64,000 bases of DNA from Candidatus Methanomethylophilaceae archaeon (GCA_050950505.1 JBMNHS010000001.1:960001-1024000); one strand, 5' to 3'. Shown: positions 27,814 to 38,606, counted from the first letter of the stretch. A program made the numbers and translations. The notes: generated by a model not told the origin, from the sequence alone.

Positions 27814-28956
27814 TTGAAACCGTACATCGCGGTCATGATCAAACCTACGCTTCAGTGTGAACGGTCATGCCGCCACTGTTATCATTTGCCTGAAGAGCGC
27901 GGGCAGGATCGAATTTCCCTTGAACGACTCGAGAAAATTTTCAAACTCGTTTCGGAGGAATACCGATCGGCATGGTTCATATGGCACGGCGGGGAGCCTC
28001 TCGAACTCCCGTTTTCCTTTTATCGCAAAGCTTTCGATCTCCAAAGCAAATATTTCGGAAAAGATTCTCAGAGAATCGGCAACACGATACAGACCAACGG
28101 AGTGAACCTCAACAAAAGATTCATAAGGTTTTTCGATTCCAACAAAGTCAACGTCGGAATCTCTTACGACGGGCCTTACAACAATGTTCTCAGACGCATG
28201 ACGGAAGAAACCGAAGATGCCATACGGTCAATGCAGAATCATAAAGCCAAATTCACCGTAAGTTGCACGTTGTCGGACGAAACCGCCGATAAGCAGGTCG
28301 AACTTTACAGATATTTCAGAGATTTGAACATATCTCCGTCTTTCTCGCCAATCGTTCCCAAAGGTTGTGCCGCCAAGGACACATCTTTAGTCCCTGACCC
28401 CGAAAAATACATTAAATCAAGTATAGAGGTTTTCGACGAATGGCTTTATGACACGGAAACCGAAGTCCCTCTTCTCCCCCATTATCTGTACATGCTGAAC
28501 GCGATAGGGAAACCCGCTTTTGCCGATTGCGCCCACACTTCCTGTCTGGGCAGATGGTTATGCATATACCCGAACGGAAATCTGTATCCCTGCGCGAAAG
28601 GATGTCCCGAGAAATATCTTCTGGGTAACATCGATGACATCGATTCCGTCGAAGATGCGTTTATGAGCGACGGGTTCGCTGACATTCTCGAAGGCAGTGT
28701 GGTACGCAGGGACAAATGCGCCGATTGCGAAATTTACCGTTACTGCGCCGGCGGATGCAGCATAGACGCCGAATGCGAAGTCGGTCTGGAAAACAACGAC
28801 GGAGCCTCCTGCAGGATATACAAAGCCGTGTTTACCCACGTTAAAAACGTAATGGATTCCATTTTGGAAGACAAACCCGATATGTCCCGTTACAACATGT
28901 TCGTGAGGGACGCGATACTGGGCAAACTGATAAATCCCGGGATAATGAACGTCTGA
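27814..28956 (+). CDS. Radical SAM enzyme with SPASM domain (anSME / peptide-maturase-like)
   Basis: KPTLQCERSCRHCY (CX3CX2C), WHGGEP, IQTNG, GISYDG; SPASM C..GNLYPC and CADCEIYRYCAGGC...C. Confidence 0.92.
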   Translation: MKPYIAVMIKPTLQCERSCRHCYHLPEERGQDRISLERLEKIFKLVSEEYRSAWFIWHGGEPLELPFSFYRKAFDLQSKYFGKDSQRIGNTIQTNGVNLNKRFIRFFDSNKVNVGISYDGPYNNVLRRMTEETEDAIRSMQNHKAKFTVSCTLSDETADKQVELYRYFRDLNISPSFSPIVPKGCAAKDTSLVPDPEKYIKSSIEVFDEWLYDTETEVPLLPHYLYMLNAIGKPAFADCAHTSCLGRWLCIYPNGNLYPCAKGCPEKYLLGNIDDIDSVEDAFMSDGFADILEGSVVRRDKCADCEIYRYCAGGCSIDAECEVGLENNDGASCRIYKAVFTHVKNVMDSILEDKPDMSRYNMFVRDAILGKLINPGIMNV

Positions 28957-28959
28957 GAT

Positions 28960-29886
28960 TTATTTTTTCATGCTTCCGATCTGAGTTATGTCGTAAGGTG
29001 TCACCTGGTACACATAGTAGTTCAGCCAGTTGGTCATGAACAGTGTGGCATGACCCCTCCATCTCATGATGGGGTCGTTTCTGGGATCGTTGTCGGGGAA
29101 ATAATTCTGGGGTATTTCAGGATTCATTCCTTTTTCCATATCCCGTTCATATTCATACGCCAGTGTTTTTCTGTCATACTCCATGTGTCCGGTGACGAAA
29201 ACCTGGTTAGATTCCGAAACAACAACGGAAACACCGGATTCGGGTGCATGTGCCATTATGTGCAGGTGGGGATTTTTCACTATGTCTTCCGCTCTGACTT
29301 CCGTCCATCTTGAGTGGGGCATAAGATATTCGTCATCGAACCCGCTGAACAGCTGGTCGTTGTAGGGCAACACTTTGACGGGGAAAATCCCCGTGAGTTT
29401 CTTTTCAAGGGGGTACTTCGGTATGTCGTAAAGATGATACAGCCCGGCCTGTGCACCCCAGCATATGAACAGGGTGGAAACAACATTGTCGACGGACCAA
29501 TCCATGATTTCTTTAAGCTCGTCCCAATAATCGACTTCTTCGAAAGGAATGTTTTCCACGGGTGCGCCCGTTATGATCATACCGTCAAAGTTTCTGTGTC
29601 TCACATCATCGAAATCGATGTAAAAACGGTCAAGATATTCTTTGGGGGTATTTTTTGATTCATGGGTAGCGGCCCTGAGCAGGAAAATGTTGACCTGCAG
29701 AGGGCTGTTGCTCAGCAGACGCAGAATCTGCGTCTCCGTCTCCACCTTCGTGGGCATGAGGTTCATGATAAGAATGTCCAACGGTCTGATGTCCTGTGTA
29801 ACGGCACGTTTCTCTGTCATGATGAAAACATTTTCAGATTCCAGCGTGGAAGCGGCCGGCAGGTTATCAGGGATGTTGATCGGCAT
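28960..29886 (-). CDS. metA: Homoserine O-acyltransferase, MetA family (acetyl type predicted)
   Basis: [41 protein letters not shown] and TGHMEY. Confidence 0.93.
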   Translation of the reverse strand: MPINIPDNLPAASTLESENVFIMTEKRAVTQDIRPLDILIMNLMPTKVETETQILRLLSNSPLQVNIFLLRAATHESKNTPKEYLDRFYIDFDDVRHRNFDGMIITGAPVENIPFEEVDYWDELKEIMDWSVDNVVSTLFICWGAQAGLYHLYDIPKYPLEKKLTGIFPVKVLPYNDQLFSGFDDEYLMPHSRWTEVRAEDIVKNPHLHIMAHAPESGVSVVVSESNQVFVTGHMEYDRKTLAYEYERDMEKGMNPEIPQNYFPDNDPRNDPIMRWRGHATLFMTNWLNYYVYQVTPYDITQIGSMKK

Positions 29887-29889
29887 TTC

Positions 29890-30792
29890 TCAATACCTTC
29901 CATAAATTCCCGTACTGAGGTATTTTTCCCCTCCGTCGGGCAGAATTGCTAGTATCTTCCTGCTTTTATTATGTTTGCTGAATTCCACTGCGGCAAACAC
30001 TGCGGCCCCGGAGGATATTCCGGCAAAGATGCCTTCTTCGCGGGCAAGCCTGACGGTCATTTTCTCGGCGTTCTCCGAAGAGACCGTCACCACACCGTGC
30101 AACAATCCGACATCAAGGCATTCCGGAATGAAATTAGCTCCGATTCCCTGTATTCCGTGAGGTCCCGCGGTACCTCCCGACAACAAAGGACTTTCTTCGG
30201 GCTCCACGCCGATCACTTTGGTTTTTGCGCCGGCATCGGCGAAAGACTGAGCGATTCCGGTTGCGGTGCCTCCCGTACCCACGCCGGCGAACACGAAATC
30301 CAAGTCGGGAATGTCCCTCAGAATCTCCTTCCCGGTGCCGGTGCGGTGAGCCAGAGTATTGCAGGGATTCGAAAACTGTCCGGGAACGAAAGCGTTTCTT
30401 TCTTTCGCGAGCTCGTTGGCTTTGTCGACGGCGCCCTGCATGCCCTCGTCACCGGGCGTAAGAACTATTTCGGCACCGTAGGCCCTCATGTAAGCCAAAC
30501 GTTCCTCGGACATGGTGTCGGGGATGACTATGACGGTCTTGTATCCCTTGGCGGCGGCGACCATACACAAAGCGATTCCGGTGTTTCCCGAAGTGGGTTC
30601 TATTATGGTTCCGCCGGGTTTGAGCAATCCTCTCGCCTCCGCATCCGCTACCATGGATACGGCGGCACGGTCCTTGATTGAACCGCCGGGGTTGCCTTTT
30701 TCGATTTTCACATAGACGTTCCGGGAAATATTCCCCAATCTGACTATGGGAGTGTCCCCGATACATTCCAGAATGCTGTCGTACACTGCCAT
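29890..30792 (-). CDS. cysK: Cysteine synthase (O-acetylserine sulfhydrylase)
   Basis: NPGGSIKDR, EPTSGNTG, GVGTGGT, HGIQGIG, GISSGA and PDGGEKYLST. Confidence 0.93.
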   Translation of the reverse strand: MAVYDSILECIGDTPIVRLGNISRNVYVKIEKGNPGGSIKDRAAVSMVADAEARGLLKPGGTIIEPTSGNTGIALCMVAAAKGYKTVIVIPDTMSEERLAYMRAYGAEIVLTPGDEGMQGAVDKANELAKERNAFVPGQFSNPCNTLAHRTGTGKEILRDIPDLDFVFAGVGTGGTATGIAQSFADAGAKTKVIGVEPEESPLLSGGTAGPHGIQGIGANFIPECLDVGLLHGVVTVSSENAEKMTVRLAREEGIFAGISSGAAVFAAVEFSKHNKSRKILAILPDGGEKYLSTGIYGRY

Positions 30793-30829
30793 ATTTTTAC
30801 GGAATACGTATCTCAACACTTAATTGTTA

Positions 30830-31372
30830 TCAGTACTCAATACCCCGTCTGGCACCGATTCCTTTATCGAAGGGATGCTTGATCATGACCATCTCGGTCA
30901 CGAGATCCGCGTATTCGATGATTTCATCGGGAACCCCCCGTCCGGTCAGAACGACTTCGGTGTTTTCCTTTCTGCCTTCCAATACCTCGATCACTTCTTC
31001 CGAAGTGAGAAGATTCCAGGACATCGCAACATTGATTTCGTCGGCAATAACCAAATCATATTCACCGGATTTCAAAACATCCGAGAAATATGCCAGAGCT
31101 TTTTTAGCGAGACGTATGTCTTCGTCCCGGGTCACATCGGAAACCATGTGATCTATGCCCATGGACACAATATCGAAACCATCGAATCTCTTGGCGGCAA
31201 TTTGTTCTCCGTATTCCTCGGAAGGCTTCAGGAATTGAATCATCAGCACTTTCAGTCCGCTGCCGGATGCCCTGAATGCCAGGCCCAAGGAAGCTGTGGT
31301 CTTCCCTTTTCCGATGCCGGTATAAACGTGTACCAAACCCAATTTCTTTCTTACATTCTCCATCTTGACCAT
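30830..31372 (-). CDS. cobO: Cob(I)yrinic acid a,c-diamide adenosyltransferase
   Basis: YTGIGKGKTTA, IQFLK, ADEI, LTGR, ADLVTEM and KHPF..G..ARRGIEY. Confidence 0.92.
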   Translation of the reverse strand: MVKMENVRKKLGLVHVYTGIGKGKTTASLGLAFRASGSGLKVLMIQFLKPSEEYGEQIAAKRFDGFDIVSMGIDHMVSDVTRDEDIRLAKKALAYFSDVLKSGEYDLVIADEINVAMSWNLLTSEEVIEVLEGRKENTEVVLTGRGVPDEIIEYADLVTEMVMIKHPFDKGIGARRGIEY

Positions 31373-31449
31373 AAGACAGCCATGACATTATCAAAATTAA
31401 AATTTACTTGTGCAACCGTTCAAATAAAAGATACCGTATGAAGTGAGTT

Positions 31450-32850
31450 ATGGCCCATATGACCAAGTCCGAGAGACGGACTCTTCTCATCGCTTCTTGT
31501 ACCGCATCCGCGGTCACCCCCATGACTGGGTCGATGATGAATCTGAGTCTTCCCGGAATTGGGGAAGCCTTCAGCGTGGGAGCCCACTCTCTGGCTTATG
31601 TCAATACGATATTTCTTTTATCGTCGGTCATATTCATGGTGCCGGTTTCCAGAATCGCCGATATCTTCGGCAGAAAGAAACTTTTCATGTTAGGACTCGC
31701 GGTTCATATCATCGCATCCATCGGAGGCTATTTTTCCGTGTCATATCCGATGTTGCTGGGTTTCAGATTTCTGATGGGTCTGGGCACTGCGGGCATGGCA
31801 ACCACGGCCATAACCATGCTGACGGACGCCTTCCCTCCCCACGAGAGAGGCGCCGCAATCGGATTGAACACCGCCAGCGTCTATCTGGGACTCTCCATAG
31901 GTCCGGTCCTGGGAGGTTTTATCAATGACTTGTTCAGCTGGAGAGAAGTTTTCCTGCTTACGATTCCTTTGATTTTCATGGCGATTATAGCCATAAGCAG
32001 AGTCAAAACCGATACGATTGACAGTGGAAGCCGCAAATTCGACGCCGTCGGCACGCTGATTTACGTTACCGCGGTGACACTCACGATGGTGGGACTCATT
32101 AATCTCCCGGACTTGAAGTCCTTCCTTTCCATGGCAATAGGATTGATGTTCTTCATTGTATTTTTCAAGTATGAAAACCGTGTGGAAGAACCTGTTCTGA
32201 GTGTCAGGATATTTTCCAACAAAGTGTTTTCCAGATCAAGTCTTGCATCTTTTCTGGTAAATACCGCCAACTTCTCGGTTCTGTTTTTCATATCCCTGTA
32301 TCTTCAGGAAATAGGTGCTCTCACGGCATCACAGGCAGGTTTTGTGATATTGTCGCAGCCTCTTGTGCAGACGGCATTTACCGCATATTTCGGGAAACTC
32401 CATGACAGGATGGCGGATAAGCGCATATTACCGACGGCAGGGGTCATGATAACACTGATTGCCGTTATGCTGATGACCTCGCTGTCTTTGGAACTGAATC
32501 TTCATCTTGTGATTGCATCATTGATGCTGTTCGGGATGGGTAATGCGATATTCAACGCTCCGAACACAACCACCATGATGTCTTCCGTTTTCCCCCGGGA
32601 CAGGGGTTCCGCATCCGCCACCGTCGCAGTTGTGAGGCAGATGGGGATGGCCACGTCCATGGCGATCGCCATGGGGGCCATATCCATAATCATGGGCAGT
32701 TTGGATGTTCTGGGACCTGCCACGTATCCCAAGTTTATGGAAGTCATCCATGTGTCGTTCGTCATTTCTGCGTTTATGTGCGTATTGGCGATGCTGGCAT
32801 CATGGTTCAGAGGCAACTGTCCCATGGAAACTTTTGACATACCTGAATAA
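31450..32850 (+). CDS. MFS transporter, DHA2 (14-TM) type
   Basis: Motif A (SRIADIFGRKK), ERGAAIG, GPVLGG and WREVF; many TM helices. Confidence 0.88.
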   Translation: MAHMTKSERRTLLIASCTASAVTPMTGSMMNLSLPGIGEAFSVGAHSLAYVNTIFLLSSVIFMVPVSRIADIFGRKKLFMLGLAVHIIASIGGYFSVSYPMLLGFRFLMGLGTAGMATTAITMLTDAFPPHERGAAIGLNTASVYLGLSIGPVLGGFINDLFSWREVFLLTIPLIFMAIIAISRVKTDTIDSGSRKFDAVGTLIYVTAVTLTMVGLINLPDLKSFLSMAIGLMFFIVFFKYENRVEEPVLSVRIFSNKVFSRSSLASFLVNTANFSVLFFISLYLQEIGALTASQAGFVILSQPLVQTAFTAYFGKLHDRMADKRILPTAGVMITLIAVMLMTSLSLELNLHLVIASLMLFGMGNAIFNAPNTTTMMSSVFPRDRGSASATVAVVRQMGMATSMAIAMGAISIIMGSLDVLGPATYPKFMEVIHVSFVISAFMCVLAMLASWFRGNCPMETFDIPE

Positions 32851-32903
32851 GACGGTTCCGAGTCCCTGATATTTTTAATACAATAACAAACATAGCGGAA
32901 CCG

Positions 32904-33917
32904 ATGTCCGGCATATCCGGCCCTGGGGAAAATTTCCGATTCCAGACGATAATAGTGTTTGTCGGCGGTTTGCTGATGGTATCCAAGTTCATCGCTTACT
33001 TCATGACCAATTCGGTTGCCATTTTCACCGACGCCATGGAGAGCATAGTGAACATTCTGGCAGGGTCCGTCGGACTGTATGCTTTGTATATTTCTCCGAA
33101 ACCTCCGGACGAAGACCATCCTTACGGTCACGGCCGTGCCGAAGTGATTTCCGCTGCATTCGAAGGTGCACTGATTCTTGTTGCCGGCATAATCATCGTC
33201 TGGTCCGCAATACGGGGTCTGCGTTCCCCGCCGGAAATATCCGATCTCGACTTCGGTTTGGTTATCATATTCCTTGCGGCCATCGTCAATCTGATAATGG
33301 GAAGGGCCGCAATCAGAATAGGGAAAAAGAACAGGTCCCAGGCATTGGTAGCCAGCGGCAAACATCTCTGTACGGACACCTTTGATTCTTTCGGGATAAT
33401 CATCGGACTTCTGGTCGTCTACGCCGGCATGCATTTCGGATACGATGTCGCATGGATGGATCCCGCAATCGCATTGCTGTTCGGATTGGTCATCATGAGT
33501 ACCGCATACAAAGTTCTGAAAGGAACCGTGGACACAATCATGGATCGCGTGGATCCCGAAGTGGTATCGGAAATTGCCGACAACATAATAGAAAACAGAC
33601 ATGAAAACTGGATTGACATCCACTGTCTCAGAGTCAAAAAATACGGTACTGATTATTCTGTGGATCTTCATGCGACGTTCCCGAGATACATGACCGTCGG
33701 TGAAATAGAGAAAGAAACGAAACGTCTCAATACTTATCTGAAAAACGAATTCGGTCAGGGGTCGGAACTTACTGTAAAAGCGGAACCCTGCCGTGATTTT
33801 TCCTGTGTCATATGCGCATTGGAGTGTCCCATAAGAGTCTCAGAATTCGTCAAAGCCTTGGAATGGTCCGAAGAAACCATGGTAAAGTCCACGCAGCACA
33901 GGCTCAATGACGAATAA
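32904..33917 (+). CDS. Cation diffusion facilitator family transporter
   Basis: DAMES, KPPDEDHPYGHGRAE, HLCTD and DPAIA; Cys-rich C-terminal tail. Confidence 0.9.
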   Translation: MSGISGPGENFRFQTIIVFVGGLLMVSKFIAYFMTNSVAIFTDAMESIVNILAGSVGLYALYISPKPPDEDHPYGHGRAEVISAAFEGALILVAGIIIVWSAIRGLRSPPEISDLDFGLVIIFLAAIVNLIMGRAAIRIGKKNRSQALVASGKHLCTDTFDSFGIIIGLLVVYAGMHFGYDVAWMDPAIALLFGLVIMSTAYKVLKGTVDTIMDRVDPEVVSEIADNIIENRHENWIDIHCLRVKKYGTDYSVDLHATFPRYMTVGEIEKETKRLNTYLKNEFGQGSELTVKAEPCRDFSCVICALECPIRVSEFVKALEWSEETMVKSTQHRLNDE

Positions 33918-34521
33918 TTTAATACGGACCCCCCGATTACGGAGTATGATTTTAAACAGGGGCGTTCCGAAGGAAATATCCGCGGTAAAACTTAAAAAAT
34001 GGTTTAAATCACTTGACGAAAGAGACGGAAACAGAATCTCCAGATATGCTTCCGGCGCGGACACTTCTTCTCAGATTGCCTTTATCACGGACATCATGTC
34101 CAAAGCCAACGCCGAAGAAAATTACGCCGTTGCCCTGATAGCGGGGGAATTCGGCAATTCCCTGGATATGAACGAGGACGAAAGATTCGATTTTTTGAAT
34201 GAATACATAGAATCCCTTTTCTTTTCCGGTGATTCCTGCCGCGCCAAAGATCTCTGTCACGAAAATCTGGAACTCGTTCCGAAGGTTTTGACTTCCATGA
34301 CTGCAGAGGGAATACCCGAACGCATGCCCTGCCGCAACAGACTCATCGACATACTGGTGGGCGTCGAAGGCGATTACGACGGAGCCAATGAAATGTTGGT
34401 CCGTTTCAACGAGATGAACATACTGTCCGACGAAGATTTGGAATTCAGAATCCAGAGTCTGAGGATTCACAGGCTCCAGAGAACTTTCGATTCGGTTTTC
34501 ACTCTCAAACCCCGCGAGTGA
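33907..34521 (+). CDS. Hypothetical protein (helical)
   Basis: 204-aa ORF overlapping the CDF gene end; no recognisable motif. Confidence 0.6.
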   Translation: MTNNLIRTPRLRSMILNRGVPKEISAVKLKKWFKSLDERDGNRISRYASGADTSSQIAFITDIMSKANAEENYAVALIAGEFGNSLDMNEDERFDFLNEYIESLFFSGDSCRAKDLCHENLELVPKVLTSMTAEGIPERMPCRNRLIDILVGVEGDYDGANEMLVRFNEMNILSDEDLEFRIQSLRIHRLQRTFDSVFTLKPRE

Positions 34522-34852
34522 AGCCTTTCCACCCGTACATGGGTATGACATCTATCGCCGGCTCTTCGTAAGGATGCACTGACAGGATGGTATTTACCAC
34601 GTCCTTCAGGTACCGTTCCCTGACAGAGAATTCCACTTTGATTTCTTTTTCGACGGAAATTTTGCCGGTGTCTCCGATGAAAGGATTCGAACCTTCCAAA
34701 GGCCTCCACATTCCGGTTACTTCAGTCAAAGAAAACACCATATCGTAACCGGGATAAAGCGGCTCCATGGAATCATTGATTTTCGCCGTCAGTTCATCCA
34801 CATATTCTTCGGGGATGCATACCGCGATTTTGTAAACGTCATTCATGCACAT
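34505..34852 (-). CDS. YqfO/NIF3-insert (PII/CutA-like) domain protein
   Basis: GMWRPLEGSNPFIG and VHPYEEPAIDV motifs. Confidence 0.8.
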   Translation of the reverse strand: MCMNDVYKIAVCIPEEYVDELTAKINDSMEPLYPGYDMVFSLTEVTGMWRPLEGSNPFIGDTGKISVEKEIKVEFSVRERYLKDVVNTILSVHPYEEPAIDVIPMYGWKGFTRGV

Positions 34853-35002
34853 CCAAACAAATCAAGTCGTATTAAATCCAACCCTGCAGTTCGGTGCCTT
34901 CGCAGATTCGGTAACTTGAAACCCGAAACGGTACGACAAACCGCAGTTGTTCCGATAGGAAAACGCAACCGAATCCCGGTTCCGATGCCGCAGTGCCGTA
35001 AT

Positions 35003-35986
35003 TCAGATGCTTAGATTGGCGGTGTCACCCGTTCCGGTGTCGGCAGGGGCTTCTATCATCAGTCTTTCGACATTCGCAAGCCTCTCCTGTTTACTTCTGT
35101 TCATCTTCTTTGCATTTTTCTTGAGGAACGATGTGCTGAGCCATGTGGCTATGAAACTCACCGGGGGGATTACGTAGAAAACACCGGCGACTATGCCGGT
35201 GGCCTTCTTGAGTTTAGTCAGACTGTTGATTTTCTTTACCAGGGGTTTTTCGTCATCGGCGGGCAAACGGTGAATGATGGAGCGGTACATCATGTGCTGG
35301 CCTCCCCATACCACTTCCATGCTCCATTTCAATTCATTGAACACCGGGGCCGGCACGCCGACGGGAATCGTGGTTTTGTTAAGGACGGCTCTTCTGAAAT
35401 CTTCGGCGGTGTTGCCTTCGAATTCGGTCCAGTTGAATCCAGTGGTATGTACGGAATGGGCATCGCTGCCGGAAATGGGCGCCCATCTTCCGGGATATCT
35501 GTCCATGACGGCTTGAGCAAAGGCATTGGAATAATTGTCAACGTGACCTCCGTTGATGACTTCGAAACCGTCAATGTCGAGTGAGAATATTTTTTCCTGA
35601 AGCCCGTCGACATGGAAGCTGAAAGGATGGGGTGCGATGGTGATTCCTCCCTGTGAGCGGATGATGTCAACGGTCTCTTCGACGGAAAGTCCGTCGGGTA
35701 TCTTTTCGTTCAAAAACAGTCCGATTATTTCTCCGTCGGCCGTGGTGACTTCCTCACCGATGACGACTTCGATGTCATCGAACCGTTTTGCATACTCTTG
35801 AGCTTTGAAGGCCCCGATGACTTCATCGTGATCCGTTATGCACAAAACATCCATTCCGTTTTTCCGTGCGCGGTCCACATGCTGTTCGGGTGTAGTCACG
35901 GATTCGGGAAATTTAAGAGCGCCGAGTCTGGCGATTCCTGAATATTCGGTATGTACGTGTGTGTCCACCCTCCCCATCTCCGACAT
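35003..35986 (-). CDS. PHP-domain metal-dependent phosphoesterase with C-terminal extension
   Basis: DTHVHTEYS, ITDHD, GEEV, APHPF and GSDAH; start uncertain (ORF open to 36064). Confidence 0.85.
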   Translation of the reverse strand: MSEMGRVDTHVHTEYSGIARLGALKFPESVTTPEQHVDRARKNGMDVLCITDHDEVIGAFKAQEYAKRFDDIEVVIGEEVTTADGEIIGLFLNEKIPDGLSVEETVDIIRSQGGITIAPHPFSFHVDGLQEKIFSLDIDGFEVINGGHVDNYSNAFAQAVMDRYPGRWAPISGSDAHSVHTTGFNWTEFEGNTAEDFRRAVLNKTTIPVGVPAPVFNELKWSMEVVWGGQHMMYRSIIHRLPADDEKPLVKKINSLTKLKKATGIVAGVFYVIPPVSFIATWLSTSFLKKNAKKMNRSKQERLANVERLMIEAPADTGTGDTANLSI

Positions 35987-36075
35987 ACTTAACCTCAAAA
36001 CCATAAACAACGCTCTTTCTTTAATAATGCTGGTATTAACGAGTATATTCTTTGTGAACAACAAGCACCGTATGT

Positions 36076-37842
36076 TCAGGCGTAGTAATATTCTCCGGCG
36101 GATTTCTGTTCACGGTCAAGTCTGGAACCCGATTTGTTGATTCTGGGCCGGTGACTCTCCGCGTCTCTTCTGAAGGTTATATCGACGGCGGAAAGGAATT
36201 TGTTCATTCCGTCTCTCATGTCGAAGGGGCCCTCCCCTATACCGTGAACCCCGGGTTCTCCCCCGAAAACCATCATGGAATCGGAAACCATGTCCAGGAA
36301 ATAAATGTCGTGATCGACGACCATGCCGCTCCGTCCGGTTTTTTCCATCATTCTCCTTATGGTGCGGGCGGCGTTCATTCTCTGATTTGAATCCAAATAT
36401 GCGGAAGGTTCGTCAAACAGGTAGATATCGGCGTCGGCCAGCAGGCATTGGGTTATGGCGACCCTCTGCAATTCCCCTCCGGACAACGTGTCCACGTCTT
36501 TGTCCATCAGATGTTTGACGCCAAGAGGTTCTATCACTTCCCCTTCGAATAAACTGGACGTCGCTTTTTCATAATTCTGGCGGTAGAGCAGATCTCTGAC
36601 GCTGTCATCGAAATCTCCGGAAATATACTGGGGTTTGTAGGACACCTTCACGTCTCCGTCTATTTTGCCGCCGTCGGGTTCAATCACGCCGGCCAGCATT
36701 TTAACGAAAGTCGTTTTACCGGTGGCGTTGGGACCGACCACACCGACGGTTTCCCCCATTTTGATGGAACCGCCGGTGACGTCAAGTTTGAATTCTCCGA
36801 AATCTTTGCTCAGCCTGTCAAAAGAAAGCAAATCCGCCGTGACCCAATCATCCCTGGGCGGCGAAGCGAAGAATTCGATGGGGCGGTCTCTGAATCTGAT
36901 GTTTTCTTCGGGCAGGTATCCGTCCAGATAAACGTTTATTGCGGTTCTTACCTGTCTTGACTGTGTGAAAACTCCGTAGGCTCCTTCGGAACCGTAGACC
37001 ACGTTTACGACATCGGCCAGAAAATCCAAAATGGCCAGGTCGTGTTCGATGACCACAACCTGCTTTTCTTCGCTGAGTTCTTTGATGACTCTTGCGATTT
37101 TGACCCTTTGATAAATATCGAGATAAGAAGTGGGTTCGTCAAAGAAGTATACGTCCGCGTCTTTCATCATGGTGGCGGCCATTGCGACTCTTTGCATCTC
37201 TCCCCCGGACAGTTTGCTGATGTCTCTGTCAAGCAGCCCTTCGAGGTCGAAAACCGTCGCGGCTTCATCCAGCGTCATGCGTCCTTCCACGGTGGACAGC
37301 AAATCTTTTACGGGTCCGGATGCCGCTTTCGGAATAAGATCCACATACTGCGGTTTTATGGCTGTTTTGACTTTTCCGTCATAAACTTCAGAAAGATACG
37401 CTTTGACTTCGGTTCCGTCGTAATGCGTCAGAACTTCTTCCTTTGAATACGGTTCCCCGTAATTGCCCAAGTTGGGTATGAGGTCCCCGGAAAGCACTTT
37501 GATTGCGGTGGTTTTGCCTATTCCGTTCGGACCCAAAATACCGGTGACCACGCCCTTTTTCGGGATGGGTATGCGATAAAGTCTGAATGAATTTTCCCCG
37601 TACTGGTGCACCATCTCGGAACTCAGTTCGTCAGAAAGTCCGATGATTTTTATGGCTTCGAACTGACACTTGTTCACGCATATCCCGCAACCTTGGCAGA
37701 GAGTTTCGGAAATTATGGGCTTGCCCTTCTCTCCGAACACAATGCATTCAACTCCGGTTCTGACCAAGGGACAGAACTTGTAACACTCTTTGTTGCATTT
37801 TATATTCTGGCATCTGTCCTGCAGGACGACGGCTATACGCAT
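36076..37842 (-). CDS. Ribosome recycling ATPase ABCE1/RLI
   Basis: N-terminal Fe-S Cys clusters, GPNGIGKTT, GPNATGKTT, two LSGGE signatures and RPRINK. Confidence 0.96.
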   Translation of the reverse strand: MRIAVVLQDRCQNIKCNKECYKFCPLVRTGVECIVFGEKGKPIISETLCQGCGICVNKCQFEAIKIIGLSDELSSEMVHQYGENSFRLYRIPIPKKGVVTGILGPNGIGKTTAIKVLSGDLIPNLGNYGEPYSKEEVLTHYDGTEVKAYLSEVYDGKVKTAIKPQYVDLIPKAASGPVKDLLSTVEGRMTLDEAATVFDLEGLLDRDISKLSGGEMQRVAMAATMMKDADVYFFDEPTSYLDIYQRVKIARVIKELSEEKQVVVIEHDLAILDFLADVVNVVYGSEGAYGVFTQSRQVRTAINVYLDGYLPEENIRFRDRPIEFFASPPRDDWVTADLLSFDRLSKDFGEFKLDVTGGSIKMGETVGVVGPNATGKTTFVKMLAGVIEPDGGKIDGDVKVSYKPQYISGDFDDSVRDLLYRQNYEKATSSLFEGEVIEPLGVKHLMDKDVDTLSGGELQRVAITQCLLADADIYLFDEPSAYLDSNQRMNAARTIRRMMEKTGRSGMVVDHDIYFLDMVSDSMMVFGGEPGVHGIGEGPFDMRDGMNKFLSAVDITFRRDAESHRPRINKSGSRLDREQKSAGEYYYA

Positions 37843-38298
37843 GCTTCCGCTATTCTCACGTTAGATATAATCTTTGGCGGTCGTCCCGTTCTGTTTGATA
37901 ACCCGGACCGATGTCAAAGGCAGTCCATAATGCCGTATCCGTCTGACGGCGGGAATTACGTTCAGACTATGTCCACGATATTCGATCTGTACACGTTGAA
38001 CTGTAATCTCCCGGAAATCTGACGGAACATGTCCTTTTTCGATGATGCAGTCACTGTTTCAGGAAATACATGCTCAAAATCCAAAAAACACATTTCCGCT
38101 TCCCGCCGGAGAATTCATGCCGCTGAAAAACAATTCATTCCCGACACTAAAAGAAACGAAGGACAAGCAAAAAATCAGCCCAACCGCATTAAAATCGGAT
38201 TACTGGACGCGATTGCAACCGGTCGGAATTTCAAATGCAGTAAAACAAACAGTCACGGTTTTAAATGAGTTCGTATATCAGAGAGGCGAGGTTATCGA

Positions 38299-38463
38299 AT
38301 GGTATCCGTAAATGAATCAGAATGCACCGCCTGCGGTGCATGTGCAGACGTGTGCCCCGAAGAAGCCATCACCGTTGAAGACGTGGCCGTCATCGATGCT
38401 GAAAAATGCATCGAATGCGGTCTCTGCGTCGACGAGTGTCCGGTTTCCGCAATCGAGGAGTAA
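38299..38463 (+). CDS. 2[4Fe-4S] ferredoxin, 54 aa (not in ORF track)
   Basis: MVSVNESECTACGACADVCPEEAITVEDVAVIDAEKCIECGLCVDECPVSAIEE has two CxxCxxCxxxCP motifs. Confidence 0.93.
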   Translation: MVSVNESECTACGACADVCPEEAITVEDVAVIDAEKCIECGLCVDECPVSAIEE

Positions 38464-38606
38464 ACGTTTCAATCGAACCCTTTATCCTTTATCATTCCGA
38501 ACGGAATTGCAATCTCAATGGTCATTCGACAAAGATTTACATCTTTCATATTCGGTGACAGGCAAGGACGTCCGTATAATTCGCAACTGTACGATAGGTG
38601 TATCTG

